From the NCBI RefSeq assembly GCF_965215815.1, contig NZ_CBDCEO010000012.1, positions 933,896 through 997,895 on the forward strand: DNA of 64,000 nucleotides, written 5' to 3'. The stretch's first letter is position 1. Each line of letters starts with the position of its first letter. This document shows positions 35,984 to 45,402 of the stretch, one piece after another. The notes beneath the pieces are model-generated. The model was not told the origin of the DNA, ran no database searches, and was given only the letters and a program-made list of their open reading frames with translations. The position numbers and the translations under genes were made by a program. The DNA is from Candidatus Poriferisodalis sp. (GTDB taxonomy: Bacteria; Actinomycetota; Acidimicrobiia; Acidimicrobiales; Poriferisodalaceae).

Positions 35984-36018
35984 CCGCGAGAGGCAAGCAC
36001 AGGCGGCGTAGCCGCGAG
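35975..36018. repeat. perfect 16-nt direct repeat gcggcgtagccgcgag (x2, 28-nt period) spanning the hydrolase stop codon
   Basis: The copies lie at 35975-35990 and 36003-36018. Each contains the small palindrome gcggc-gta-gccgc. Confidence 0.85.
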
Positions 36019-36028
36019 CAACTCAGGC

Positions 36029-37171
36029 TTAGGCGGCAGCGGGGAGGGCGTCGGGATCGAGGTTGTAGAGCCCGAGGACGTTGCCCCAGACCATCTGTTC
36101 TGTTTCGTCGTCGGGTACGCCCGAGAGAATCTCGTCGAGGATCGGCCGAGAGTTCGGCCAGATCGAGTCGTGGTGGGGATAGTCGTTGCCCCACACCAGG
36201 TTGCTGACGCCGATCGAGTGCCGAGTGGCGATGCCTTCGGTGTCGTCTTCGAAGGTGACCCAGAAGTTCCGGTCGAAGTACTCCGACGGCTTCATGGTGA
36301 GCTCGTCGGACACCTCCCACGGAGTGCGGTACGCAGCGTGGTCGAGACGCTGCTTGAAGTGGCCCACCCAGCCGGTCTCGTACTCGGCACACACGAAGCG
36401 CAGTTGGGGGAATCGCTCGACGACGCCACCGCAGATGAGGTCGATCATCGTGTTGGCGATGGTCGTGTGAGCCAGCGTGTAGCCCTTGAGGTGGCCGCCT
36501 GGTGTGCCCCAATGCTCGGGCATCCCGCCTTCGAGGCTTGACCCCGTGAAGATGTGCATGGTGAGCGGCACGCCGAACTCCTGGGCGCGGGCCCAGAACG
36601 GGTCGAAATCGGGGTGGCAGTAGGGCTTGGCGGGGTCGATGTGAGCGGGGATGGCAAACCCGCGCACGCCGAGCTCGGCCGAGCGATCGATCTCTGCGAT
36701 TGCCCGCTCGACGTCGGGCAACGGGAGACAGCCGACGCCAATGAGGCGGTTGCGGTCCACCGAGCAATAGTTGAGCACCCAGTCGTTGTGGTTCCGGAAC
36801 GCAGCGTCACGCACTTCGTCGTCACCGATGGCGAAGGTGAACATCGACAGGCTGGGGTACATGACCTCGCCCACGATCCCGTCCTGAGCCTGTTCGTCGA
36901 GGCGCGCAGTCGGATCCATCACACCGGGGTTGAAGCCGTCGTATCCCTGCTCGATGCGAGCGTGAGTAGCCGGGTCCGACAGGCTGGCGCCCGCGATTCC
37001 CAGCCGGCCTACCGGCACTGGGCGGATGCCGCCCGGCAGCACCAACCAGGTGCCAGGCTTGTCGTTGTAGTCCTTGCTGATGAACGGTGCCCGGTCGCCG
37101 AACCGGTCGGTCAGCCCTGCGTAGATCTCAGCCGCCTCGACCACGTGCGAGTCACACGAGTAGTACCGCAT
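36029..37171 (-). CDS. amidohydrolase-2 family metal-dependent hydrolase/decarboxylase (ACMSD/LigW-like)
   Basis: The N-terminus MRYYSCDSHV carries the HxH-type metal motif variant DSH. It also has RGFAIPAH, PLTMHIF and WGNDYPHHDS near the C-terminus, which is the typical amidohydrolase_2 layout. Confidence 0.8.
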   Translation of the reverse strand: MRYYSCDSHVVEAAEIYAGLTDRFGDRAPFISKDYNDKPGTWLVLPGGIRPVPVGRLGIAGASLSDPATHARIEQGYDGFNPGVMDPTARLDEQAQDGIVGEVMYPSLSMFTFAIGDDEVRDAAFRNHNDWVLNYCSVDRNRLIGVGCLPLPDVERAIAEIDRSAELGVRGFAIPAHIDPAKPYCHPDFDPFWARAQEFGVPLTMHIFTGSSLEGGMPEHWGTPGGHLKGYTLAHTTIANTMIDLICGGVVERFPQLRFVCAEYETGWVGHFKQRLDHAAYRTPWEVSDELTMKPSEYFDRNFWVTFEDDTEGIATRHSIGVSNLVWGNDYPHHDSIWPNSRPILDEILSGVPDDETEQMVWGNVLGLYNLDPDALPAAA

Positions 37172-37423
37172 CGCTCTCCCCCATCGGCGCTGAAGCGCCT
37201 GGTCGCCAATTCGTGGCCAACAGTATCAGCGGCCCGCGATCGGCTACTGAGAGGCGACAGAGAGGCCGCGCGAATGAGTGTGCCCGCTGCGGAGGCGGCA
37301 GGGCCCTCGGCTCCGGGAATCCAGCAGGTTCCAACCTCGCAGAGTTCCCTGCCGCCTCCGCACCTATGACGTCCGTGCCTATCCGCTGATGCTCATAGGC
37401 GCTCGGTGTGCAATCGTGTCGCC

Positions 37424-38413
37424 ATGCGTGCATTGGAAGTGCAGTCCCTGACCGGTCCGGCCGGTATCGCCGTCGTTGACGCGCCGGAACCCGAAGCAGA
37501 CCCTGCCGGGGCCTCGGTGATCGTCGACATGGTGTGCGGCGGTGTGTCATTCCCCGACCTGCTGCAAAGTCAGGGTCTGTACCAGTACCGGCCGGATCCA
37601 CCGTTCCGGCCCGGCATCGAAGCCGCCGGCGTCGTGCGTTCGGCTCCGACGGACTCGGGCTTTGCGGCCGGTGACCGGGTCTGCGTGTGGACCAATGGCT
37701 GCCTGGCCGAAACCGTTGCCGTGCGTCCTCGGGACCTGTTCGCTCTGCCGAGCCAGCTCAGTTTCGAAGAGGGTGCGGCGCTGGTCATGAACTACCAGAC
37801 GGCAGTGTTCTGCATGATCGACCGGGCGGGCCTGCGCGAGGGCGAATCGGTGCTGGTGCTGGGTGCCTCTGGCGGCGTGGGTACATCGGGCATCCAGGTG
37901 GCCAAGGCGGTCGGTGCGGGACCCGTCATCGGTCTGGTCTCGACTGAAGCGAAGGGCGAGATCGCTACGGCTGCCGGCGCGGACCACGTCGTGCTCATCA
38001 GCGACACCTGGAAGGACGAAGTGCGTGAGCTCACCGGCGGACGTGGGGTTGACATGACCTACGACCCCGTGGGCGGCGACCGTTTCCTGGACGGGGTTCG
38101 GGCCTTGGCACGCTTTGGCCGACTGGTCGTGGTGGGCTTCGCCGCTGGCGAGATCCCGACCGTCAAGGTGAATCGGCTGCTGTTGCGCAACGTGAGCCTG
38201 GTCGGCGCCGCATGGGGCGAAGCCGTGGCCGCTGATCCGACGATCCCGGCCCGTATTCATGAACGGCTGCTCGACATGATCGCCACGGGCGCCGTGCGGC
38301 CGCCCATCGGGCAGGTGCTGCCGTTCGAACAGGCGGCCGAGGCCTACCGGCTGCTGGATGAACGCGAAGCCGTCGGCAAGGTGCTCGTTCGCATGCGCCC
38401 CGACCCTGCCTAG
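37424..38413 (+). CDS. NADPH:quinone oxidoreductase / zinc-type alcohol dehydrogenase-like (MDR superfamily)
   Basis: GVSFPDLLQSQGLYQ, VLVLGASGGVGTSGIQVAK (Rossmann fold) and the C-terminal GKVLV. The start is the ATG at 37424. Confidence 0.85.
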   Translation: MRALEVQSLTGPAGIAVVDAPEPEADPAGASVIVDMVCGGVSFPDLLQSQGLYQYRPDPPFRPGIEAAGVVRSAPTDSGFAAGDRVCVWTNGCLAETVAVRPRDLFALPSQLSFEEGAALVMNYQTAVFCMIDRAGLREGESVLVLGASGGVGTSGIQVAKAVGAGPVIGLVSTEAKGEIATAAGADHVVLISDTWKDEVRELTGGRGVDMTYDPVGGDRFLDGVRALARFGRLVVVGFAAGEIPTVKVNRLLLRNVSLVGAAWGEAVAADPTIPARIHERLLDMIATGAVRPPIGQVLPFEQAAEAYRLLDEREAVGKVLVRMRPDPA

Positions 38414-38427
38414 CTCAGATTCGCCAA

Positions 38428-38955
38428 TCAGTCCCCGTCGGCTGCGAAGTCGCGGGCGAGCAAGGCCATCGTGACCGCGACGTAGACCGCGTCCTCGCCC
38501 ACGTTGTGGCCTCCGGAACTTTCGCTGCGCGAGTACGCCTGTTCTTCGCTCTCGACCGTGACGAGGCCGAAGCCGATCGGGATACCTGTCTCAAGCTGAA
38601 CAGCCATCACTCCCTGCGCAGCACCTTCGCTGACCAGCTCGTAGTGAGTGGTCTCGCCGCGGATGACCGCTCCGATCGTCACGATCGCGTCGATACGACC
38701 GGAGCTGGCCAGCATCTTTGCCGCCAGCGGGATTTCGAAACACCCAGGCACGGTCACTTCGGTTGCCTCGGTGACCCCCAGCTCATCGAGGGCCCGCTGA
38801 ACGCCATCCGACAGCCGATCGACGATGTCGGGATTCCAGGTTGCTCGCAAGATGCCGACACGGAGTCCGGCACCAGCTCCTGGGGGCGGCCTGCCGGTCC
38901 GCTGGTCGCCACTTGCCACGCCTGCACGGTACCCCGCAGCTACTAGCAGCGACAT
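38428..38955 (-). CDS. ribH: 6,7-dimethyl-8-ribityllumazine synthase (stand-alone copy)
   Basis: LRVGILRATWNPDIVDRLSDG...VPGCFEIPLAAKML...DAIVTIGAVIRGETTHYELV...PIGFGLVTVESEEQA is colinear with RibH. The start is the ATG at 38955. The upstream part of ORF 38428..39471 is antisense to hyuAB. Confidence 0.85.
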   Translation of the reverse strand: MSLLVAAGYRAGVASGDQRTGRPPPGAGAGLRVGILRATWNPDIVDRLSDGVQRALDELGVTEATEVTVPGCFEIPLAAKMLASSGRIDAIVTIGAVIRGETTHYELVSEGAAQGVMAVQLETGIPIGFGLVTVESEEQAYSRSESSGGHNVGEDAVYVAVTMALLARDFAADGD

Positions 38956-39093
38956 CTGGGCCGCAAGCGCAAAGGCTGACCATTCGACTGCGGCACCTGT
39001 CGCTTCCCGCTCTTGTTCCCAGTCTCTGCTCGACGGGCTCACGGGCCGCTCGGGCCACGGCTTCGCCTCCGGCGGCTCGCCTACGCTGGGTCG

Positions 39094-42000
39094 ATGGCAG
39101 GCGCACGTGCGCGACTCGCAGCCGACATCGGCGGAACCTTCACTGACATCGCGCTGGAGGTCGACAGCGGCCGAGGCGCGCATCGGGCGCTGCACACGGC
39201 GAAGGTGTTGACCACGCAGGAGTCGCCCGCCGATGCCGTGCTCACCGGTGTCGAGGCCGTCCTGGGCGAGGCGGGGGTCGCACCCGCTGAGGTGGGCGTG
39301 CTCATCCACGGCACCACGCTCGCCACCAATGCACTCATCGAGCGTCGCGGCGCACGCACGGCCCTGCTGACGACCCAAGGCATTCGCGACTCGGTCGAGA
39401 TGGCGCACGAAAACCGGTTCGAGCAGTACGACCTGTACATGCGCCGGCCCGAGCCGCTCGTTCCGCGGCACCGGCGCATCGGGATACCAGAACGGCTCGC
39501 CGCCGACGGCACCGTGCTGCTGGCATTGGACTCCGATGCTGTCCGGGCCGCTGCCGAGTCACTGGCGGCCGATGGCGTCACCAGCGTGGCGGTCGGCTAC
39601 CTGCATTCGTATCTCGACTCCCGCCACGAGGAACGCACTGCGGAGATCTTGGCCCAGTGCTGGCCAGAGGCGAGCGTCACTCTGTCCAGCGAGGTCTGCC
39701 CGGAGATCCGCGAGTACGAGCGCTTCTCCACGGCGTGCGCCAACGCCTACATCGCACCGCTCATGCGGAGTTACCTGACCGACCTGGATGAGCGGCTGGC
39801 AGCGCTGGGACTGGGCGGCGAACTCTTCCTGATGACCTCCGGCGGCGGGCTGGGAACGCTCGCCGAGGCGCTGCGCTTCCCCGTCCGGCTCATCGAGAGC
39901 GGACCGGCAGGCGGTGCCATCCTCGCGTCGGAGATCGCCCGGGGCCTCGACTGCGAGCGGGCGCTCAGCTTCGACATGGGCGGCACGACGGCAAAGCTGT
40001 GCATCGTCGAGTCCGGCCATCCCCGCACGAACCGCGAATTCGAGGTCGGCCGCGAGTACCGGTTCCTGGCAGGCAGCGGATTGCCGCTGCGCCTGCCGGT
40101 GATCGAGATGGTTGAGATCGGCGCAGGGGGCGGCTCGATCGCAAGCCTGGACGCGCTCGGCCGCATCACCGTCGGTCCGGCCAGTGCCGGGTCGGAACCG
40201 GGGCCTGCGGCCTACGCACGCGGCGGGACCGAACCGACCGTGACCGACGCGGACGCCGTACTGGGCAGGCTGCTCGGAGAACGCTTCGCTGGCGGCACGC
40301 TCAGGTTCGACCCCGACGCTTCTGCCAAAGCGCTCACGGTTGCGTTGGCTGAACCGGCTGGACTGCAGACGACGGTCGCTGCGATCGGCATCACCGAAGT
40401 CGTCGACGAGAACATGTCCAATGCCGGCCGCGTCCACGCAGCCGATCAGGGCTGTGACATCAGCAGCGGCACCCTGATCGCCTTCGGCGGTGCCGCCCCG
40501 CTTCACGCTGCCCGGGTGGCCGCAAAGCTCGGCATCGACGACATCGTGGTGCCGGCCGGAGCGGGCGTGGGCTCGGCCATCGGCTTCCTGCGGGCACCGG
40601 TGTCCCACGAATCGGTCCGCACACGCCATGCCCGCGTCAGCGAGCTGACTGCGACGAGCCTGGCAGACCTGCTGGGTGACATGGCTGACGAAGCCAACGC
40701 GATCGTGCGGGCTGCTGCGCCCGACGCCGAGACCACCACGCACGTGCGCGCCCTCATGCGCTACCGGGGCCAGGGCCACGAGATCACCGTCGAGGTCGAC
40801 GCCGCCGCGCTGCTGTTGGACGACGTGGCCAACCTCAGTGACGCCGAAGTGCGCAGCCAGCTGCGGACGGCCTTCACCAAGGCCTACCAGCAGCTCTACA
40901 CCCGCCACATCGGCAACCTCGAAATCGAGGTGCTCAGCTGGCTGCTGGAGGTTCGCACGCCCCAAGGCGAGGTCATGCCGCTGCACCCTGAGGTGGCCGC
41001 TGAACCGGTCGCTTCGGGAACAACCACGCTCGTCACCGACACCGCCACCGGCCGAGCCGTGTCCCATGGCGTCTACGAGCGGGATGCGCTGCGAGAAGGC
41101 GACTGGCTGGTCGGTCCTGCACTGATCACCGAGGACCAGACCACCACGGTGGTGCCGGAGGGATTCGTGTCGACGGTCACCTCAGGTGGCCATCTGCGTA
41201 TCACCATCGATTCGGCATCCAATGGCACTCGCCGACTCGGTGGAGCTGCGACGGCTTCTGAGGGCACGAGCCGCACCGCCGAAGCGGCCGCTCTCGATGC
41301 CGTACGGCTCGCTGTCCAGTGGAACCGCCTCATCTCTGTCACCGAGGAACAGGCGCGAGCGCTGGTCCGTGCTGCCTTCAGCACGTCAACCCGCGAAGCC
41401 GGCGACCTGTCTGCAGGGATCTTCGACCCGCAGGGCCGGATGCTCGCCCAGTCGGTCACCGGCACGCCGGGCCACGTCAACTCCATGGCGTACTCGGTCC
41501 TGCACTTCCTGGATCGATTCCTCGCTGCGGAGATGCGACCCGGCGACATCTTCCTCACGAACGATCCCTGGAAGGGCACCGGCCACCTCTTCGACATCGT
41601 GGTGGTCACGCCGGCGTTCCGAGGGGGCGAGCTGGTGGCGCTGTTCGCCTGCACCAGCCACGTCGTGGACATCGGCGGGGCCGGCTTCACCACCGATTCG
41701 AAAGAGGTGTACCACGAGGGCCTGTTCCTGCCGATCCTGAAGTTCGCCACCGACGGCGTCTTCGATCCCACCGTGGTGGCGATCATCGAGGCCAATGTGC
41801 GAGACCCGATCCAGGTGATCGGCGACATCCACTCGCTGGCCGCCTGCAACGAGACCGGTGCGGCCCGTCTGATCTCGATGATGAACGAGTACGGCATGGC
41901 CGACCTTGACGAACTTGGCGAGCACATCATCTCGTCGTCGCACCGGGCAATGCTCGACGCCATCGGCGAACTGCCCGGAGGCACTTGGAACTCGACCATG

Positions 42001-42966
42001 CGGGTCGATGGCATGGAGGAGCCCATTGACATCGTCTGCTCGGTGACGGTTGCCGGCGACGGCATCGAGGTGGACTTCGCCGGCACAGGACCCCAGTCGG
42101 GATGGGGCATCAACGTGCCAATGGCATACACCGACGCGTACACGTCCTTCGGCGTGCGCTGCATCATCGGCGCCGACATTCCGAACAACACAGGGTCACT
42201 GGATGCGGTTCGGGTCCGAGCGCCGGAGGGCTGCATTCTCAATGCGCCCCATCCCGCCGCGGTGAACGTGCGCCACGTCATGGGCCAACTTCTCCCCGAC
42301 GCCGTGTTCGGCTGCCTGAGCCAGGTTGTGCCCGAACGGGTGCCCGCCGAGGGCACGTCATCGCTGTGGAACCTGCTCGGCACTGGCATGTGGCAGCCCG
42401 ACACTGGAGTCGGAGCAACGAATCGCTCGGTGACGGCGGTGGGGCGCTCCGGCGATGATTCAGACCGGCGGAAGCTGGAGCGCTACATCCTCATGAGCTT
42501 CCATTCCGGTGGGGCAGGCGCCCGCCCGAGAGCCGATGGGCTGTCGGCTACGGCGTTCCCCAGCGGAGTGCGCAACATGCCTGTGGAGGTGAACGAGATC
42601 GGCTCGCCGCTGGTGTTCTGGCGCAAGGAGTTCCGCACCGACTCCGGCGGGTCGGGCAAGTACCGGGGCGGGCTGGGCCAGGTGATCGAGCTGGAGAACC
42701 GCCAGGGACGGGACTTCGCGATCAGCGCCACCTACGAGCGCACGGTGTATCCAGCCCGTGGCCGCCATGGCGGTGGGCCAGGCGCGCTGGGCCGCCTGTC
42801 GCTCGACGACGGCACTGAGGTGCGTGCCAAGGGTCGCTCGGTGATCCCCGGTGACCGCCGCCTGATCGTGGAGTTTCCCGGCGGCGGCGGGTTCGGTGAT
42901 CCCGCGGACCGCAGTCCGGATGCGGCAGCACGCGACCTGCAGCTGGAATTCGTTTCCTCCCAGTAG
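39094..42966 (+). CDS. fused hydantoinase/oxoprolinase (HyuA-like ATPase half plus HyuB-like half; 5-oxoprolinase/acetone-carboxylase superfamily)
   Basis: 1290 aa. The N-terminus is LAADIGGTFTDIAL...HGTTLATNALIERRG...ESGPAGG...SFDMGGTTAKL (HyuA). The C-terminal half is AGDLSAGIFDPQGRMLAQ...TNDPWKGTGHLFD...FHSGGAGARP...GGGGFGDP (HyuB). The ATG is at 39094. Confidence 0.9.
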   Translation: MAGARARLAADIGGTFTDIALEVDSGRGAHRALHTAKVLTTQESPADAVLTGVEAVLGEAGVAPAEVGVLIHGTTLATNALIERRGARTALLTTQGIRDSVEMAHENRFEQYDLYMRRPEPLVPRHRRIGIPERLAADGTVLLALDSDAVRAAAESLAADGVTSVAVGYLHSYLDSRHEERTAEILAQCWPEASVTLSSEVCPEIREYERFSTACANAYIAPLMRSYLTDLDERLAALGLGGELFLMTSGGGLGTLAEALRFPVRLIESGPAGGAILASEIARGLDCERALSFDMGGTTAKLCIVESGHPRTNREFEVGREYRFLAGSGLPLRLPVIEMVEIGAGGGSIASLDALGRITVGPASAGSEPGPAAYARGGTEPTVTDADAVLGRLLGERFAGGTLRFDPDASAKALTVALAEPAGLQTTVAAIGITEVVDENMSNAGRVHAADQGCDISSGTLIAFGGAAPLHAARVAAKLGIDDIVVPAGAGVGSAIGFLRAPVSHESVRTRHARVSELTATSLADLLGDMADEANAIVRAAAPDAETTTHVRALMRYRGQGHEITVEVDAAALLLDDVANLSDAEVRSQLRTAFTKAYQQLYTRHIGNLEIEVLSWLLEVRTPQGEVMPLHPEVAAEPVASGTTTLVTDTATGRAVSHGVYERDALREGDWLVGPALITEDQTTTVVPEGFVSTVTSGGHLRITIDSASNGTRRLGGAATASEGTSRTAEAAALDAVRLAVQWNRLISVTEEQARALVRAAFSTSTREAGDLSAGIFDPQGRMLAQSVTGTPGHVNSMAYSVLHFLDRFLAAEMRPGDIFLTNDPWKGTGHLFDIVVVTPAFRGGELVALFACTSHVVDIGGAGFTTDSKEVYHEGLFLPILKFATDGVFDPTVVAIIEANVRDPIQVIGDIHSLAACNETGAARLISMMNEYGMADLDELGEHIISSSHRAMLDAIGELPGGTWNSTMRVDGMEEPIDIVCSVTVAGDGIEVDFAGTGPQSGWGINVPMAYTDAYTSFGVRCIIGADIPNNTGSLDAVRVRAPEGCILNAPHPAAVNVRHVMGQLLPDAVFGCLSQVVPERVPAEGTSSLWNLLGTGMWQPDTGVGATNRSVTAVGRSGDDSDRRKLERYILMSFHSGGAGARPRADGLSATAFPSGVRNMPVEVNEIGSPLVFWRKEFRTDSGGSGKYRGGLGQVIELENRQGRDFAISATYERTVYPARGRHGGGPGALGRLSLDDGTEVRAKGRSVIPGDRRLIVEFPGGGGFGDPADRSPDAAARDLQLEFVSSQ

Positions 42967-43042
42967 GTTGCGCCGCGATAATTCCCGCAGGTGGCGGCAT
43001 GGCACGCCCGAAGCCGACGATCACGTTGTGAGGCAGCCCTTC

Positions 43043-43645
43043 ATGAACCCATCAACGGAAACCGCCAGGGCTGATCCAGATGCCCGTCACGACGAGGCTC
43101 GCCATCGCAGCACGGAGGAACTGGAGGCTGCGCTTCGGAACATTCGCGAGGCACCTGCAAGTTCCGGCACGATCCAGCTCATCGTCCGCCGTCCCGCTGA
43201 AGATGCCCGCGAGGTACTGAGCGAGGCCCGCATCAACGCTGACGAGGGCATCGAGGGTGACACCTGGAACCAGCGCGGGACTTCGTTCTCGGCCGACGGG
43301 GGTCCGCACCCCAACAAGCAGGTCACGATCATGAATTCCCGCGCCGCAGCAGCGGTCATCGGTCCGATCGAACGCTGGCCGCTGGCGGGCGACCAGATTT
43401 ACGCAGACCTCGACATCGGCCACGAAGCTCTGCCGGCAGGAACCCAGCTGGCGGTTGGCGATGCCGTGCTTGAGGTCGCCGTTGAGCCCCACACCGGCTG
43501 CGCCAAGTATGCGGCACGCTTCGGTAGCGAGGCGCTGAGGTTTGTGAACACCGGCGAGGGACGTGAGCTGCGCCTGCGCGGTGTCAACTGCCGAGTCGTG
43601 CGGCCCGGCACCGTCCGGATGGGCGACTCAGTCAGCCAGATCTGA
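43043..43645 (+). CDS. MOSC-domain protein
   Basis: 200 aa. GIEGDTW...KQVTIMNS...VLEVAVEPHTGCAKYAARFG...LRGVNCRVVRPGTVRMGDSV carries the conserved MOSC cysteine context (HTGC). Confidence 0.8.
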   Translation: MNPSTETARADPDARHDEARHRSTEELEAALRNIREAPASSGTIQLIVRRPAEDAREVLSEARINADEGIEGDTWNQRGTSFSADGGPHPNKQVTIMNSRAAAAVIGPIERWPLAGDQIYADLDIGHEALPAGTQLAVGDAVLEVAVEPHTGCAKYAARFGSEALRFVNTGEGRELRLRGVNCRVVRPGTVRMGDSVSQI

Positions 43646-43816
43646 CGAGGTCGTGGCGGTCACCCTGACTGATCTAGCGCACGAATCGGCGCATCGCGGA
43701 TTCGAGCGCCGATGAAGGTGCATTGCCCGGGTTCTGCGTCGAAATTTCCAGAAATTGCTGGAAATTGGTGCGCGCGAACGTTTGTGTTTGGGGGCGTACG
43801 TGTGTATGCTCTCTGT

Positions 43817-45160
43817 ATGTTCATTGACCCCCCTGCGCATTGCAGCTACGGGAACGGACCAGCAGCGCACGACGCCGGTTCGGCCAGTGACACTGACAGG
43901 GCGAGCGATGTGTCCGCCGTTGTCGAGGCTTCTCTCGGTGATGTCGCCGATGTCGAACTGGGTGCGCTGAACTATTCCGATCTCAAGGACCGGGTGGTGG
44001 ATCTGGCCGGTGAGCGGGCCCGTGTCGAGGGCGAGTATCTGGCGGCTTTGGGCGAGCTGACATCGCGTGTGGGCGCTCAATCTGCGGCGCATCAGCTGCG
44101 GGAATTGACCCGGATGAGCTCAGCCCAGGCACGCACCGAGTCCCGGCTGGCCGAAAGCCTGGTCGAGCACGAGATGACTGCGACGCTGGACGCGCTCAAG
44201 TGCGGTGAGATCCAGGCGTCTCATGCGAAGGTGATCGCCCGCGAGGCTCCCAAGAAGCACCGCCGCAGCGAAGAAGAGTTCTTGGAGCTGTGCCGGGCGT
44301 ATCCCTCTGACACGGTTGCGCGTCACCCGTTCGCCTATGTGAGCCAGCAGGTGTACGCCGAACTCGAGGCAGAAGCCGCCACGAAGGGCCTCGGCCCGAT
44401 CGACGCGGAACTCGAGTTGCAGCGCGCCGAACGGTCGGGATCGATGCGGCTGGGCGCGGATGGCATGTGGCATCTGTTCGCCAAGTTCGATTTCATCAAC
44501 GGCCGTCACCTCAACACGGCGATCCAAGCAGCGATGCGTTCGCTGCGCCGCCGCGCCCAAGATGACGCCAGCGGCGCCGGTTGTGTCGGCATCGACGTCG
44601 ATGGAAGTCTCAGCAGCGACATCGAGCCGACGCGCGCTCAGCTCACCGCCGACGCGATCGGCGACCTCATCGCCGGCACCGCCAAGGTGCGGCGGGCGAG
44701 CACGAGCCTGGTGATCATTGCCGACTACGACGCGGTGAACGACCGGCTCGCCAACCCCCGCCTCGACGACGGCACTCCCCTGTCAGCCCAGATGCTCGCC
44801 GAGTACGCCGTGGACGCCAAAGTGCTCCCGGCGGTGTTCAACGCCGACTGGTCTGAACTGGCGCTGGGCCGCACCCGCAATGCCAGCGACGCCCAAAGGC
44901 TCGTGCTTGCCGTGCGCGACGGGGGCTGCATCGGCTGCGAGCTGACCAGCGAGCACACCCAAGCCCACCACATCGACTACTTCGAGAACGGTGGCCTGAC
45001 CGACACACCCAACCTGGCGTCGATGTGCTGGGACTGCCACACAGACCTCCACCAGCACGACCGCCAAATCCACACCCCACCCGACGGCAGACCCCGACTC
45101 ATGCCACCCCAGCACGCCGGGCCACCCGCCCGAGCACCAGCCACCGCCCGCAGCCCATAG
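43817..45160 (+). CDS. DUF222-HNH endonuclease (actinobacterial 13E12-repeat-type), apparently intact
   Basis: The C-terminus is RDGGCIGCELTSEHTQAHHIDYFENGG...NLASMCWDCHTDLHQHD (an HNH with a CxxC...CxxC zinc finger), followed by a Pro-rich tail. The N-terminal helical DUF222-like region has LAALGELTSRVGAQSAAHQL. The start ATG at 43817 is uncertain. Confidence 0.8.
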   Translation: MFIDPPAHCSYGNGPAAHDAGSASDTDRASDVSAVVEASLGDVADVELGALNYSDLKDRVVDLAGERARVEGEYLAALGELTSRVGAQSAAHQLRELTRMSSAQARTESRLAESLVEHEMTATLDALKCGEIQASHAKVIAREAPKKHRRSEEEFLELCRAYPSDTVARHPFAYVSQQVYAELEAEAATKGLGPIDAELELQRAERSGSMRLGADGMWHLFAKFDFINGRHLNTAIQAAMRSLRRRAQDDASGAGCVGIDVDGSLSSDIEPTRAQLTADAIGDLIAGTAKVRRASTSLVIIADYDAVNDRLANPRLDDGTPLSAQMLAEYAVDAKVLPAVFNADWSELALGRTRNASDAQRLVLAVRDGGCIGCELTSEHTQAHHIDYFENGGLTDTPNLASMCWDCHTDLHQHDRQIHTPPDGRPRLMPPQHAGPPARAPATARSP

Positions 45161-45402
45161 CAGTATTCCGGGCAAGCGCAACCCCGGCCTGTCCGAGTAT
45201 CCGGCACAGCCTGCTGCACTGAACAACACTCATTGGGCCAACATCGGGCCGAACACCAGTACACGATCGCACTCGCCCCGCAGCATCCACCGTCGGAACG
45301 GCCGCAGCCCGTAGCTGATCGCTGCGCCCCGCCGGTTCATACCGGACCGCCGCATCCAAACTCATTGCATGACCATGACACCCTCTGCGTACTGTGCGTG
45401 CC

